Assembly (NCBI RefSeq): GCF_963921235.1 | Contig: NC_086097.1 | Location: 216,506,001 to 216,570,000, forward strand | DNA: 64,000 nucleotides | Origin: Mobula hypostoma | Taxonomy: Eukaryota | Direction: 5' to 3' | In this document: piece by piece, positions 1-13,774 of the stretch | How positions within the stretch are numbered: position 1 is the stretch's first letter | How the letters are laid out: every line of letters starts with the position of its first letter | The notes under the pieces: model-generated | Databases searched by the model: none | Told to the model about the DNA's origin: nothing | What the model saw: the letters and a program-made list of their open reading frames with translations, nothing else | Position numbers and translations under genes: made by a program

Positions 1-136
1 ATTTATTCACTCTGGAGACTGCTTCCGAAAAAGATCTGTTTTCAGGGGATGAAAACGCCGTTTTAGTGTGGACAGTGTCAAAACGAAGAGAAAAAGCTTT
101 GTTTTCAAAATTATCTGGCGTAGTGTGGACGTAGCC
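1..136. mobile_element. Right end of a non-autonomous TIR element (possibly PIF/Harbinger-like)
   Basis: Terminal motif agtgtggacgtagcc with an internal repeat of tagtgtggac. The left end is outside the window. Confidence 0.4.
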
Positions 137-871
137 TCAAAGCCATGAACAGTTGCAGCCATTCCCCCATGCAATAAAGACCTTCGTACTTAAGCCCAAT
201 ACCTTCTGAATTATCTGTATTCTAACTTTGTATTTCATGTATGCAAACACCCAGATCTCTCTAGAGTAGCATTCATATTTTAGTACAACATAAGATGTGG
301 CCATTTGGTCAGTCAGTCAGGTGGATGTTGACTTTCAGCAAACCCTTTCCATACAACTTATTTTCTCTTGCTTCACCAGATTCTTCTACAATTGGGGCAA
401 TCTAGCAGCCTGCAAGAATTTAGTATGTGGAGGAACTATGCGTATGCATGCTGTGGGGTGAAGGATCTACACCGTCACAGAGGGAAAACAGCACCGTAAA
501 TCAAAACTGAACTCAGTTTGCTGGAGCTACCTGCTGAGCCATTGGGTGAAACTCCCCTCTACTTAATCAACGCCTACTGTTTCATTCTTCTATTTGTGAA
601 GAACGTCAGAAACCCCATTTAATATCAATTATGAAATTTTTGCACCCAATGTGTAAGCACTCATCCAACTGCTTTTTTTGTCAGCACATCCTCAAGTCAT
701 ACTAGTGTTTGCTCCCTTCTCCGAACTCTGATCTGATGTAGTAATTATTTATACAGGGCCTAACAAATGTTTTGCATTCAAAATTCAGATGTATTCCATT
801 TGCGTCAAACATCATTTCCATGACATAAAACCATGACAACTTTGCTTTACAAATTCTTGATTTTCTCAACA

Positions 872-1223
872 CAGTGGATTCAAAGCAGCCATTTATTTGG
901 CAGAACTCTTAAAGAACAAAAACTATATTGAGAAAATAGCCAGGATTCCCTCCATTTATTTGGGACACTATGCTGCTTAATTGGTGCAGGACACTGCTGC
1001 CAAATAGTTTCTAACTAGCATCAGTCGCATGTACTTGCGTGGATGTTAGACACTACATCATGCTTAGAGCTACCAGTTTTTAAAAGAGCATCAGTTGTGT
1101 GCCTTTGTTCAAAAAGTGATTTTTGTCACTGATAGTCTTTTTAACTATTTCCAGCTTCAGGTAATTGGGGAGGCTGCGTAATTGGGCCAAAACATACAGA
1201 TCCCAATGAACCAGAATCCACTG
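872..1223. mobile_element. Tc1/mariner-type MITE
   Basis: TIRs CAGTGGATTC / GAATCCACTG followed by TA. Internal sequence is shared, inverted, with 36472-37224. Confidence 0.7.
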
Positions 1224-1403
1224 TACTCTAATATTATTTCCTTAGTGATAGATCCCAGCACAGTTCTACCAACAAATGTCAGGCTAATTGCACTGCTGTT
1301 TCCTGTTCATCTCCTGTTCTTGAATTGGAGCACCTTATTATAGTTTGCGCACATTTATTGAACACAAGTGCAATTATCTACAATTACATCCCATTTTTGT
1401 ATA

Positions 1404-2621
1404 CAGGTGGCCCCCGTTTTCCGAATGTTCGCTTTACGACACCTCGCTGTTACGAAAAATGGCAGCGCGCGCCCGAACAGACAAGCTCCTCCCACGGAAC
1501 TGCATTCTAGCCGCCATTGCTTAAACATGTGCTTTATCTAGATTTATTCTGTGCATCCGTCAGCAAGATGAGTTCTAAGGTAGCGGAAAAGCCTAAAAGA
1601 GCTCGTAAGGGTGTTACACTTAGTGTAAAACTAGACATAAGCATTTCGATCGTGGTGAACGAAGTAAGGACATTGTCCACGTGTTGAACTTGCCTGCGTC
1701 CACCATTCGCACTATTTACACGCAGAGAGAAAGAATTTTGAAAGCTGCCAATGTTACTGTTGGTTCTGCTTGTAGCAAAGTGGTCTCTCTTAGTCGGCAT
1801 CCAATAATGGATAAAGTGGAAAGTCTATTGCTTGAGTGGATTAATGGGTGTACAAAGCCTGGTGTTCCGTTAATTTTTCTTATTCTTATACTTAAGGAGA
1901 AATCAGTCAATCTTGTTAATAAGCTGAAACAGAAAGCACTGGACGATGGTGATGAAAGTGTTGCGAAAGTGGAATTTAAAGGCAGTCATGGGTGGTTTGA
2001 TCGGTTTCTGAGGCGAGGCCAGCTTCATAGTTTAACGTTTACCGAAGAGAGTGCTTCGGCTGATACTGAAGCTGCCAAAAAGTTCCCAGCAGAACTGAAG
2101 AAAATAATTACAGAAGGTGGTTATTCGTATAAGCAAGTATTTAACTGTGATGAAACTGCAATTTATTGGAGTCTTCCCGATTCCAGTAAGTGAAACTACA
2201 CTGTACATAACATTATTTCTATTTCATAAAGGCCATGTATTTTTATGTGTTATTTGGTATAATTCGGCAGCTTCATAGTTTAAAGGTTACTGGAGAGAGT
2301 GTTTCTGTCGAGAGTGCTTGCGCCGTGTTTCTGGCGAGAGTGCTGCCATGAGACTTCCGCTGCGCTAGACAGTGCTGCAGAAAAGTATTTCCACTTTATA
2401 TAAGCTGTGTATTTATATCATTCCTGCTTTTACTATATGTCACTGTTAATTTAGGTTTTATGTGTTATTTGGCATGACTTTGTAGGTTATTTTGTGGGTC
2501 TGGGAATGCTCAAAAATTTTTCCCATATTAATAAATGGCAATTGCTTATTCACTTTACAACACTCCGGCTTACAAACCATTTCATAGGAACGCTCTACCT
2601 TCGGATAGCGGGGGAAACCTG
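1404..2621 (+). mobile_element. Internally deleted Tigger/pogo DNA transposon
   Basis: TA|CAGGTGGCCCCCG...CGGGGGAAACCTG|TA. Frameshifted CENP-B-type HTH transposase (from ATG ~1568; EFKGSHGWFDRF; QVFNCDETAIYW), truncated after the first catalytic D. Confidence 0.9.
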
Positions 2622-2865
2622 TATTAGTTACGGCTTAGAGATGTGTCTTCAATGCATATGCAACTACACAAGCATATTTGACATGGTCATGATCATAATT
2701 AATTGAAGATTATGCATTAAACTAGTAGCCAAGGAAGAATTCTGTCTCAAATCACCAGATGTGCAAAAGAAACACAGGGTACAATTCCCTTAAAGGCTGA
2801 ACCACCAAATTTAATTGGGAAGTCAATTCTCAACCAAATACCAATTCTTTTCAAAATAGACCTAC

Positions 2866-2982
2866 CTCTGCTTTCAGGTCAGATCGGATCCGTACAATAC
2901 ATCTTTTCACAGTCATCTGGAAAGTGAAACTAATAACACCTTTGATTTTCAACAATGCTTCTTCACAGATGTTTCTTCTTGA
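2866..2982 (-). CDS. ARMC1: ARMC1 coding exon 4 (117 bp, HMA-like region); remaining exons lie beyond the left edge
   Basis: ttttag|TCA AGA AGA AAC ATC TGT...AAA GCA GAG|gtaggt, giving [39 protein letters not shown]. Confidence 0.95.
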
Positions 2983-3189
2983 CTAAAACAAAACATAATT
3001 CAATAACAGAAACTTGTTACTGTAAAATTATGAAGCAATTAAAGTGAAACTAATTCTAAGCATCAGTACAAGTCCACTGTTTTACTAACAGCTGATAAAA
3101 CAGAACTAAGTTAACCTAATCAATTGCTTTAATAGGTCAATGTAATAATTTAAGTGATAAAGTAATAAGTTAATTAAGGAACTACTTAT

Positions 3190-3630
3190 GAAGCAGAGAA
3201 AAGCACCTGTATGTCACCATATACTACCTAGATTCATATTCTTGCTGTCACAGTAAATACTTAGAATCAATGAAAAAACAGCAAAGACAGACAAACACCA
3301 AAGTGCAAAAGACAACAAACAGAGGAAATAAAAGAAAAAGTATAATAATAAGTAATAAATATTGAGAACATGAGCCCTTGAAAATGAGTTGTGGAATCAG
3401 TTCAGTGTTGAGGTGAGTGAAGTTATCCACGCTGGTTCAGGAACCTGATGGCTGAGAATTTATAACTGTTCCTGAACCTGATGGTGTGGGATGAAAGGCT
3501 CCTGTACCTCATTCCTGATGGCAGCAGCAAGAAGACAGCATGACTTGGGTGGTGGGGGTCCTTGATGATGGATGCTGCTTTCCTGCAACAACTCTCCTTG
3601 TAGATTTGCTCAATGGTGGAGACCTTTTCA
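3190..3630 (-). mobile_element. Rex1/Babar LINE 3' fragment
   Basis: aactgttcctgaacctgatggtgtggg...ctcctgtacctc..cctgatggcagc is homologous to the 3' ends of the Rex1 copies at 33000 and 42500. Confidence 0.65.
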
Positions 3631-3943
3631 GCTATGTATCCACTTCTAATAGTTATTACAGATTTATTCTACCAGCTTACTCACATGCTAACCAATTTTC
3701 TTTTTTAAAAAAAAGCACTTCCTTCTTCCAACAGCGCTACATTCAAATCATCAGGTTAATTTCCAATGCTTAAAAGTCTGTTATGCCTCAGTTTTGATCA
3801 CCCCTAGCAAATCTAATAAATTACTTGGCTATTTTCATTTAATTTTACAAAAATAAACTGAAACAAAAGGATGAATTCTCAGATGTTTTCCTTTTTCCCG
3901 AAACATAGCTACCACAATTAACAGTGTAGCAGAGTACTACTTC

Positions 3944-3999
3944 AAAGTTGCTGGTGAACGCAGCAGGCCAAGCAGCATCTGCAGAATTCCTGTTGTTTG
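3944..3999. mobile_element. Minimal fold-back Penelope-derived insert
   Basis: Flanked by the 16-bp direct repeat agcagagtactacttc (3928-3943 and 4000-4015). Shares gctggtgaacgcagcaggcc and gcatctgcaga with 38315-38948. Confidence 0.7.
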
Positions 4000-4084
4000 A
4001 GCAGAGTACTACTTCTCACTTTCCCTCTCCTCCTGGGGCGGGGGGCGGAGGGGAGGGGAATATACTCATGGTCAACTCAAAAGA

Positions 4085-4745
4085 TCACTCTTCACAATTT
4101 CTGCCAACCTCAATGAGATTCCACAACAGCTCACCACCTCTCACCCACTTCAGCATTTTGAAGTCTTTTCCAACACACTGGTCCCATCTTCCATCTTCAC
4201 CAACTAATTCTCTTTTTACAGCATTTTCTCATACAACTGCAGGAGATGCAACATTTATCGATGCATCTCTTTTCTCCCCCCATCACATAAGGACTTGAAT
4301 AATCTTTCAGGTGAGGCACCGAATTTGGTGTTTCTAATGTGATCTTCTATACTGGAGAAACAAATAAATTGGGCAACTGTTTTGTGAAGGGCCTGCATTC
4401 AGTTTGTAGACAAGATCCTGAGTTTACCATTGGCTGTCACCTGAATTCTCCATCCCACCCAGACTACACCTTCTTGTGCCTTTTGCACTTTTACAAGGCC
4501 CAACTTAAGCCTGAGAACAATGAACTTATCTTCCAACTGGGCAACCTGCAGACCTCCAGATTCAGTAACAAATTCTACAATTGCTGACAGCTCCTGGCCA
4601 AGATCCTTTTTTGACATCTGCCAAAAAGTAGTTTTAACAAAAACATAATTAAAATTTTAAGATTGAGAATAATTTTTTATTCAAATATCTATCTGGGAAA
4701 AACTAGGTCCTGGTACAGGGTGTTGACTTGAAATATCAACAATTC
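4085..4745 (+). mobile_element. Degenerate Penelope-like element 3' part (GIY-YIG endonuclease relic)
   Basis: ORF 4339-4587 FYTGET..LGNCF..GLHSV...IGCHLNSPSH...ELIFQLGNLQ resembles the Penelope YIGET..RL..RF.EH...HFN...EQ.LIF.LG.LQP motif. A degenerate pLTR/ribozyme motif lies near 4710-4740. Confidence 0.7.
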
Positions 4746-4748
4746 ATT

Positions 4749-4902
4749 AACACAAGAGATCCTGCAGATGCTGGAAATTCAAAATACTGCACACAAAATG
4801 CTGGAGGAACTCAGGCCAGGTGGCCCAAAATGTTGTCTGTTTATTCCTTTTCATAGATGCTGCATGACCTACTGAGTTCCTCCAGTATTTTGTATGTTAC
4901 TG
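4749..4902. mobile_element. Fold-back Penelope-derived insert
   Basis: Inverted arms caaaatgctggaggaactcag / ctgagttcctccagtattttg. Imperfect TSD aacaatt(c/a)att at 4738 and 4903. Confidence 0.7.
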
Positions 4903-6730
4903 AACAATTAATTTACTCCCACTGATTCTGCTCTACGCGTTGGAATTCCCCTAGCAGACCGCTTTAGGAAACCTTTTCCATTCTTGTCAAGGAAGCAAAT
5001 ATAAAACACAACAGAATCCTCTGTTCTAGAGCTACTCTTGGACTCAGTGGCGACTCCACAGAAATAAGAATGAAGCAACAATGAATTTAGCATCAAAAAG
5101 GGTAATCACAATTAGGCTTCTACCTTTAGCCCGGACATCTCTCCTCCAGAGTCATGCTTGACTTTTATATTATCATGTAGAGCCAAGGATTACCCTTTAG
5201 AAAACTGCAGCTACCAAGTTTACTGGAAATGTGAGAGGTTGGGACAGGGGTCAGCCAGTTGAAACACAAAAGCTGACATCACTGATTAATTGGATTTCAG
5301 TAATTTTGTTTTACATGAACAAGAATACCAAACTCCTCACTATCATGTTTTTGAGGCTTATACATTTTCCTGTTCAAATCAATCATATTGAAATCAATGA
5401 ATTAGTTATAACAAATCTATGACCTAATCCTTGATCGGGATAAACTATGAAAGCAAACAATGGTTTCAAGTACATCTTAGGGAAACAGTGAATGAAGAGA
5501 ATATGCACTTGCCAATGGAGCTGTTATAAAACCAGCTTAAGTTTGTTCTCCTTGGAACAAAACCTGCAAGGCCACATCAGAAAATTGTGCTTCAAGGTCA
5601 TGTTTGGGGGCAATGTCACACTATATACAAATCTTCAACACAGACTAACAGACTGATGTAATTATTCCCTGGAGAAATGCTCCCAGTTCCAGATAGAAAT
5701 GGTATTTATGTAGAAACTGGCCTTCTCAAGGAAGTTGCACATGTCATATTGAAGTCAAGAGGGGCTGGCCCATTATTAACCAACCAGCTATTGACAAAGA
5801 CAAATACCTCATTGCTTATGTAAGCCAAGAAGACTTATGAAATTCGGCTGTAAAGAATGACATTTGATTGCTTCTTAACCCAGCCACAGAGCCCTGATGA
5901 TCCAAGGAAGTGAAAATAGAAATCATGGTACTGCTCTGGCATAATAAACATACAATTATATTTATGTGATCTAAGATTCATCCTAATCAAAAAGCATTGA
6001 GTACATTGATAAATTTAATGCCTACCTCAAATGGTTAGGACTACATGTAAGCAAATCAACTACAGAAAGTATTTTTTAAAATTCTCAGTAGACATCAAGT
6101 AGAATAAAGGAAAGTGAGTGAGCTCTTGTAATGTGAAATCACCATACTCCAAACTAAAAAAAGATCTAAATCCAGTGGGACAAATGTAATGGAATTCTTA
6201 AATACACCTCAAAGGTAGTGAGAATAGCAAGGATAAAACAACTGTAACACATACCAACCTGTCAGTGAGATTTTCCTTCAGGACTCAAAAAAGTCAAGAA
6301 CGGGCAAGAAAACTAAAACATGCAAATATTCCTATCATCCATTTAAAAGGGCAAAATAATAAACATTCTGAATACAACTCATATGGAAAAGCAAAGTAAA
6401 CTTAAACAAGGTATATTTTAAAAGTTGCATATGCTACAGTAATGACTTTGACACAAATTGATACAGATGGCTCAGATAACCTTAAAATCTTTGGTAGTCA
6501 TAATCCAATCTTTATAAAGCTACTACTATGGAAAAAAAAGCACAAGTTTTAGCCAAAAGATTACTGTTCCATTCCAGGAAAATATACATGCCATATGCAC
6601 CATTTAGTCAAGGAAATACTACATTTAAATGACAAACTAGTTAAGAGCACTCGTTTGAAATTCATGACCAGTTTAAAAGATGCATTTCCAAGGTGAACTA
6701 ATAACTTGTGTTAATTAACACTGATCTTAC

Positions 6731-6920
6731 CGAATCATCCAAGCCATCTATTTGTAAGGTTACTGTTTTTGCACGTTTGTTTGTACTTCCCAGAAAAAAC
6801 TGAGGCTTGCGCCTGTGAGAATTATAATCATTTGTGTAATCAGATTCTTCATAGCTTGAAGACTGCAATATTTCATAGACTTCATTTGCTAAATTCTTAG
6901 TTTCACCAGGCGTTGTCGTC
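6731..6920 (-). CDS. ARMC1: ARMC1 coding exon 3 (190 bp)
   Basis: tttgtag|G ACG ACA ACG CCT...GAT GAT TCG|gtaaga, giving [21 protein letters not shown]...[28 protein letters not shown]. Confidence 0.95.
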
Positions 6921-7984
6921 CTACAAAAAAAATTAAGGATTAGCTTAAAAAAGGCAGAACATTGAAAACAATGAAAATCTATTACATCTCTGAGGGAGAA
7001 AATCCACTTTAAATAAGTGTCTATGCTCAATTGCAAAAGCTATTAAACTTCAAGGAAAGCATTTTCTCTGCAACATAGTGGTTAGGATCTTGTTGCCAAA
7101 CCCTAACAACCACCAACCTTAACTAAAATCAAGCACATAATAGCAAGTAGGAAATTGTTATAAAATGCTAAACAGCTCCACTGGGTTCAGCATATTTTTC
7201 TGCACAAGCTCAACTTCTGGGAAACTTATGCAAGTAAGGAAAATTGCAAGCTTATTCACCATTCTTCAGGATCACCCATGCATGGAATACTGAGTTCAGT
7301 ATGGAGTGTGAATGTACAGAGATTCATCAGCAGTTAAGCCAGGGAATTTGCCTCAGATCTTGAGTAAAATTAGCAACTCTTCTCTACTGAAATGGGCTGG
7401 GTGAACTAAGTTTTATGCCGTTCACATATTTGGAATTAATAGAATTTACTTTAAAAGATGTCAAAAATTTCTGACATTAATACTGTTGTTTAACTTAAAT
7501 ATTCTAATTACTTTTTAATAGTTTGAGAGTGCTCTTAAATATTATTCAGCTCTCAAACGTTATTTTAGTTATTTCATAAGCAACCCTCCCACCTCCAATT
7601 TTACAGCATTAAATCACACAAAGCCATGTGGAGATAAGACGCGAGTTAATACTTGACAGCGAGCCAACAAATGGTATGTGGGAACTTGCCATATAGTTCA
7701 GCACTGAGAACAGATAACTCAACTCTACCAACAAATTGATGCAATATTGGTAATATTTTAATTGTAGAAAATTTATTTTGGTACATAAAATATTGCAGAT
7801 ATTACCTCCTTTGAGAAAAAATATCACTATTAAACAAAACAAATTTTTATGCTTCATAAGAATTTAAAAATCAGGAGCATTCATACAGAAATCTTTTAAG
7901 AGAAAAACACTGAAAATACAGTGAGAGCAAATAAGGCATACCTCATCTTTCAGCTATAAAAACAATTCAAAACCATAAACTTAC

Positions 7985-8076
7985 TTTTGGATCACATTTT
8001 GTAAACTCAACATCATGCCTAATTCGCTTCTCATTTTCTCTCTGTTGGATCGACATTCAGCCAGGTAACGAAGAGC
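7985..8076 (-). CDS. ARMC1: ARMC1 coding exon 2 (92 bp)
   Basis: ctgtag|GCT CTT CGT TAC...ATC CAA AA|gtaagt, giving [31 protein letters not shown]. Phase is consistent with neighbouring exons. Confidence 0.95.
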
Positions 8077-8301
8077 CTACAGTACAGAGGAAAACACATC
8101 AATAATTATAAACATTTGCATATGAAGCATGCCCCCATTTATACCCCTAGGCTGGTAAAACCATCACATTTTCCTATTTCCAAGTGCGTCAAGAAGCAGA
8201 GATATGATTTAAGGGACTTATATCTTCAGTTCACATAGCATTAAAAATTCTGGAAAACCGTAGTAAGGTAACAGCACACAAGGACATACTTTGCTCTTTG
8301 T

Positions 8302-9555
8302 TAGTGGCTCCCAAAGTGGGTGATATCCCCCTCCCCACAAAGCGAAGGGAGTTTCTATGGGGGTAGTGGTCATTTGGTACCAAGGGGGGCACCTGAGAAA
8401 TTACAGGGTTAATTTAAGAAATAAATTACATATTACAAGAATTTGATCCTCAGTCCCTTATAATTGATTACAATGATCACATAATCACCTCATCTCTTGA
8501 TAAACCCACTGTTCTCTTAAGACTTTGCTCGAAGCGCACTATAGTTGTTGAAAAGCAACGTCATGCCTCTGTATTTGGCATCTTTGGAATGTGGTAAGAT
8601 GGTGGTGCACTAAATCGCAGCGGCTTCTACGGGGTCAACCAAACCTATTATTGTTCTTTTTAAATATACTTTTTACGATCGCAAGAGCTTAAGGACATAA
8701 AGAACTTAGAAGTATCGCAGGTCTACCCTACAGCAAGTTGCTCATTGGTGGAGAAACTGAAACTGGTGTGGATTGTGCTGCTGCCTGAACAGAGAGGAAT
8801 CGGAGGAGTCAGTGTGTGAAGGTGGTGTGCAGTCTAACAGCAATTGATCATTTTAGTCACTTATCCCGTGATTGCAGTTCCCTGTTGTACGTTATCAATG
8901 TGCAAGTCCAATTCATGAATTTATTAGTGGACTGCAGGGCCTGATGGCAGGGTAGCTGTGTGGCCTCCGTCGTAGCGAAGACTAGGTCTCAAGCCACAGT
9001 GTTGCCTGTTTACAGCCGAGGCAGAGCCGGTGCACTCCACTAGAAGTGGTGTGGCACGGTGTCCAAGCTGGAGTCAGTGCTGCCCCCCCCCCCCGTGTTT
9101 TCTCACAGCTGTATTTTGAGTCACTTCATAAAAACACTTCCAAACACGTTTGCTAGAACTTCACAACAAAATAGTGATGGTTTGCAACCTTCATACAACA
9201 TTTCTTTGCTCATTCCTAAATCAGAAAAGCCCCATAAAATTGGAGAACTGATTCTGAAAGCAGTGAGGGAGCTTCCAAGTGCTGTTTTGCACAAGTCATC
9301 AGACCAAATAATTAAAACAATTCCACTTAGGGACATCTCCGTTCAAAGACGAAATGTCTGAGAACGTGGAAGAGACATTTTACAACATACTTGGGACAGA
9401 AGAACTTGCTCTGAAGTTGAATGAATCAACTCTGCTAGGCCACGAATCCTTGCTTTTTAATTATGTTTGTTTCATAAAAGATGAAATCATGGTTCAAAAG
9501 TATGGGGGGGGGGGATCCAATATTTTGGGTTTTTTCCCGCAAGTAAAATAGCAGC
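8302..9555 (+). mobile_element. Degenerate hAT (Buster/Charlie, SPIN-like) transposon with an internal insertion
   Basis: 5' end tagtggctcccaaagtggg. Frameshifted ORFs SYNISLLIPKSEKPHKIGELIL...IIKTIPL..SVQRR / MSENVEE...ALKLNESTL.G.ESLL..YV.FI, typical of Charlie/SPIN transposases. Confidence 0.75.
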
Positions 9556-9959
9556 ACTTAATATATTAGGATGCCAAGTGGATTGACTAAACAATGAAAA
9601 TAGAGTTGGGATGCACAAATCTTGTTCAGATTGACAAACTAACTGGCAAGTTATCAGGATTACTGAAGGGCTGCACTATTTACAATCTACATTACATTCA
9701 GTCTTTCAGTGAGTTTTGCAGCCAAATTTTCTCAATACTAGTGAACCCTCCGCACCACCATGGGGTGGAGGGAGGTGGACATTTGTATTCCTAGTAAACT
9801 GTCTATATTACAATTTTCAGAGCAGAAGAGACATCATATGTGTGTATGCCAAAAAAATGAGTGGAGAATTTTTTTAAATGACAATTTCTACCAGACCAAA
9901 TTTGCAATTCTGTATCTTATTTTTAAGTAATGGTTTGTCAGGTCCATAAGGGTGAATAT

Positions 9960-10460
9960 CCTTAACCCAAATGACTGCATCATTTTAAATTCTGAGACTA
10001 CAGAAAACTGCAGCACAGAGCAATTCAGGTGTCCTTGAATCCGAGACAAATTCACCATGCAGCAGAAAGTCAAATAGAGCAATGGCAAAGTGGATGGGTT
10101 ATAAAAGTAGAGAGCTTGCTACAGCTGTACAGGATATTGATGAGACCATACCTTAAGTACTGAATAGATTTTTTTTGTGCCCTTATTTTTGGAACCATTT
10201 CTGAGAAGGCTTATCAGGCTGATTTTCAGGACAAAGGGTGTGTTATAGGAGGAAAGCTCGTACATCTTGTGCCTATGCACATTGGATTGTGCACGTTTTT
10301 TAAAATACAAGCTTTCAAGAGTTGACAAGCTGTTAAAAATGTTTCACTTTGTGAGGGTGATCAGAGACAAGAGAGAAACATCTAAGACATAAATGAGAAT
10401 GAATTTTCTTAACAGGCCCTTTGACCCACTGGGTGTGAACAACCAAAAAGATGGCAAATC
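9960..10460 (+). mobile_element. Highly degenerate CR1 LINE RT 3' fragment
   Basis: acagctgtacaggatattgatgagaccataccttaagtactg resembles the CR1 LY..LVRPHLEYC-coding region. Confidence 0.5.
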
Positions 10461-11184
10461 TTTGGAATTATATATTCTGGTGAGACAGAGACTGAATCAT
10501 TGCACACACTTACAGTGATTTTATGTCTTTGTGCTGTCCTGCTGCTGCAAAACAATAATTAACCAGATTATAAACCTGATTCAGACATTCAAGGCAGAAA
10601 GAGACTTCTGACTTCTCTAAGCAAAAAATCTATGTGACCATAGCTCTACTTTCCTACTAAAGATGTAATGAACTACAATTCTATCAAACTTTATTTAGAC
10701 AAAGACTAAGTTTTATATAGGAAATGTAACCAAGAGCCAAAGACTTGTGTTTATTTTATATTAGGAACTATTTACTTTTCATATAAATGGTAAGTGCTAC
10801 AAGTGCTCAGTGTAGCAGGCAGCAAAAAACAAAATTAAGTTGGCATTTCAAGTCACGGACTCAAAAATTCATTGGCACTTCTCTATAAAAACGTGCATCT
10901 TAAAAGAATTTTCGCTCCTCTCTCCCCAATGGGACTTTTGCCATTCACCTCTCCTCCCTCCCCAGGCAATTCAAAGCATTTGTCTCCACCATTAATGCAC
11001 CATTGCTGCAGTTCGCATCAACTAAAAAAATACACTGTAGTTACTTATCCTGTCATCTAACAGCACTATAACATCACCAGGAAGCACTGAGTTCTAGCCC
11101 TTAGTACACATGGGAACATCTGTAGGCTTCTTTTCAAGCTACACACTATCTGATTTCGAAGTATGAGAAAAATTAACAGAAACT

Positions 11185-11705
11185 ATGGATACAGGAAGGA
11201 TATAAATAAGGTTGAAAGAGTGCAGAGAAGGTTTACAAAGATGTTGCCAGGACTTGGGAAACTCAGTTACAGAGGAAGGTTGAATAGGTTAGGACTTTAT
11301 TCCCTGGAGCGTAGAAGAATGAGGGGAGATTTGATAGAGGTATATAAAATTATGATGGGTATAGATAAAGTGAATGCAAGCAGGCTTTTTCCACTGAGGC
11401 GAGGAGAGAAAAAAACCAGAGGATATGGGTTAAGGGTGAGGGGGAAGAAGTTTAAAGGGAACAGTAGGGGGGGGCTTCTTCACACAGAGAGTGGTGGGAG
11501 TATGGAATGAGCTGCCAGACGAGGTGGTAAATGCGGGTTCTTTTTTAACATTTAAGAATAAATTGGACAGATACATGGATGGGAGGTGTATGGAGGGATA
11601 TGGTCTGTGTGCAGGTCAGTGGGACTAGGCAGAAAATGGTTTGGCACAGCCAAGAAGAGCCAAAAGGCCTGTTTCTGTGCTGTAGTTTTTCTATGGTTTC
11701 TATCT
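11185..11705 (+). mobile_element. CR1 LINE 3' fragment
   Basis: YRKDINKVERVQRRFTKMLPGL...LYSLERRRMRGDLIEVYKI, ending in a ttctatggtttctat tail. Confidence 0.9.
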
Positions 11706-11898
11706 ATACTGGAAATCTAAAACAAGAACAGAATATGCTGAAAATATTCAGCTGTTCAGGTTGCGGAAAGAAGAACGCTTCAGATCAGAAGCCTTTATTA
11801 AAACTGAAAAGGAGACAGAAAAAACTTGTAAAGTTACAGGAGTAAGGGGGAGCGGTCGAGGGGATGTCTCAAAGGGTAAAAGTGTGGAAATGTTGTTT

Positions 11899-12391
11899 AC
11901 AGCTTATACTTGTGCATCAAGTCTACGCCGTAACCTACACAAGTGGCCTACACACGTTGTGAGCATTTATACTTGTGCATTGGTGTCTCTGCGTTGCTCT
12001 GCAATTTGCGTACGTCACACATGCGCACACACCTGCCTGTGTAAGGCTTCATGGTCATGGTGGTCTTTCTCCGCATAAACAAGTTTAATGCAAGCATCTT
12101 TTTCGTAAAAGCGAAATGTGTCCTCCATAATTTCGGAGGTCTGTAAAGCTTTATGGAAAGCATTGCAGTCAGAGTTCCTTCCCTGCCCTTCAGTCGCCCC
12201 ACAGGAAGCTATTGCAGCGTAGGAGGAAATGTGATGCTACCAAGCAGACAGCTGTTGTGGTCTGCATTGCCGCGACGTGTAGTTACATTTTGGGAGAGGT
12301 ACGCGTCAGGCTACGACGTAGGCACTGCGTAGGGTTCACAGCGACGCTGTACCTACGGCGTTGATTTGACGCGGAAGTATAAATCAGCCTT
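11899..12391 (-). mobile_element. MITE (same family as 44130-44633, opposite orientation)
   Basis: Right TIR ...gaagtataaatcagcctt. Internal sequence is the reverse complement of the 44130 copy. Confidence 0.8.
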
Positions 12392-13774
12392 TAATCAGGT
12401 GAATCAATGTATGGGACCAGTTAGAAGGTGCGAACATAAATTTAAAAAGTGTGGGAATTGTAGAATTCAGAGTAGGTGGACAAACTCCATGACTGGGCAT
12501 ACCCTCCACTCCCAGGGACAAAAAAACCAAACAAGCTAATATTACAGATGGATGATGGATACAGACCACACAACAAAAAACAAATTACTTTACATTACAG
12601 AATTTAACATCAAGTCCAGAAGGTTACAATGTGACTGGCCAAAAAATAAAGCCTGTATGGGGCCTCAATGAGATGGTACAAGAGGCTGCACACCAATAGA
12701 TCACAGTGGGAGCAAGATGGTTCAGAACATCCAATGTATAATAACCCCTATCAGCAATCTTACAATGTGCTTATGGATTTGGAGTTGTATCTATCGCCAA
12801 AAAAAATCATTTAAAATATTTTTGCTTGTTGATTTATATTCTAGAACTTGCTATATTTTATTCAATTGAATATTGTTATTTAAAACCTTTTCACATCTTC
12901 AGTGACTGGGATTTTTCATGACCCCATTTATCACAACTCCGATTTTTTTTAAAACCTTGCAATACTCCTCTTATATCCCTGGCCAACTGAATGCTGCAGT
13001 AATTTGACATGCAGGTGACAAATGAAGCGAAGATGAATTAAGTGACACCCATTCTTGAATCCTTCCAAAGTTAAACATTTTGCAGTTTATTAAACTGAGA
13101 AAAAAAGTAAGACAAGCATAAAATACTCTGCAGAACTAGGGAACTGATTTTTTTTTTACAGTACATTGGTAAAAGTATTCATAGAAAAATAAGTCTCCCA
13201 CTGCTTCAGTGATAATTTCAAGTTACATATAATGCTGTCTTTCCTCATTTAAGTGAGCACAGAAGTTACGAGATGGCATCAGGATCAGTTCTCACAGGCA
13301 ATCACCTTTTTACTTTGGTTAAGAGGAAATTTCCCTCCTAACCCTTTATTATTAATGTGTGCAAGTAGAAAGCATACAAGTAACCGTAATAATGACACTC
13401 ACCAATATTTCCACCATATTATGTGAATTTCAATTATTTTGCAATGAATTTAAATTTGTGTAGAATAACCCCAAAACTGTTTTAAAGCTGTACAATATCA
13501 AGAGATTTTCAATGGGATCTATTCAATTAGAACTGTAAATATTGTGTCAACAGCTGAAGTTATGGGCCTAAAGCTTCCTGGTAAAATGATAAAAGCCTGA
13601 ATGAAAGGCAAATGCGAGATATTCCATAATCATTAAATGCAGGGAAACTTAACTGGTTTTTGTTACGCCTGATAATCAGACTGTAAACGCACTGAATGCT
13701 TGAAATTATTAAAGACTGAGTTTAATCTGTCAATTCTCTTTGTATGAATCACTTGATAAAAAGAATTAAGAAAA

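Noticed and set aside
1681..2193. TIGD/CENP-B-like domesticated gene
   Set aside because: Bounded by TIRs and TA TSDs, frameshifted, and missing most of the DDE domain.
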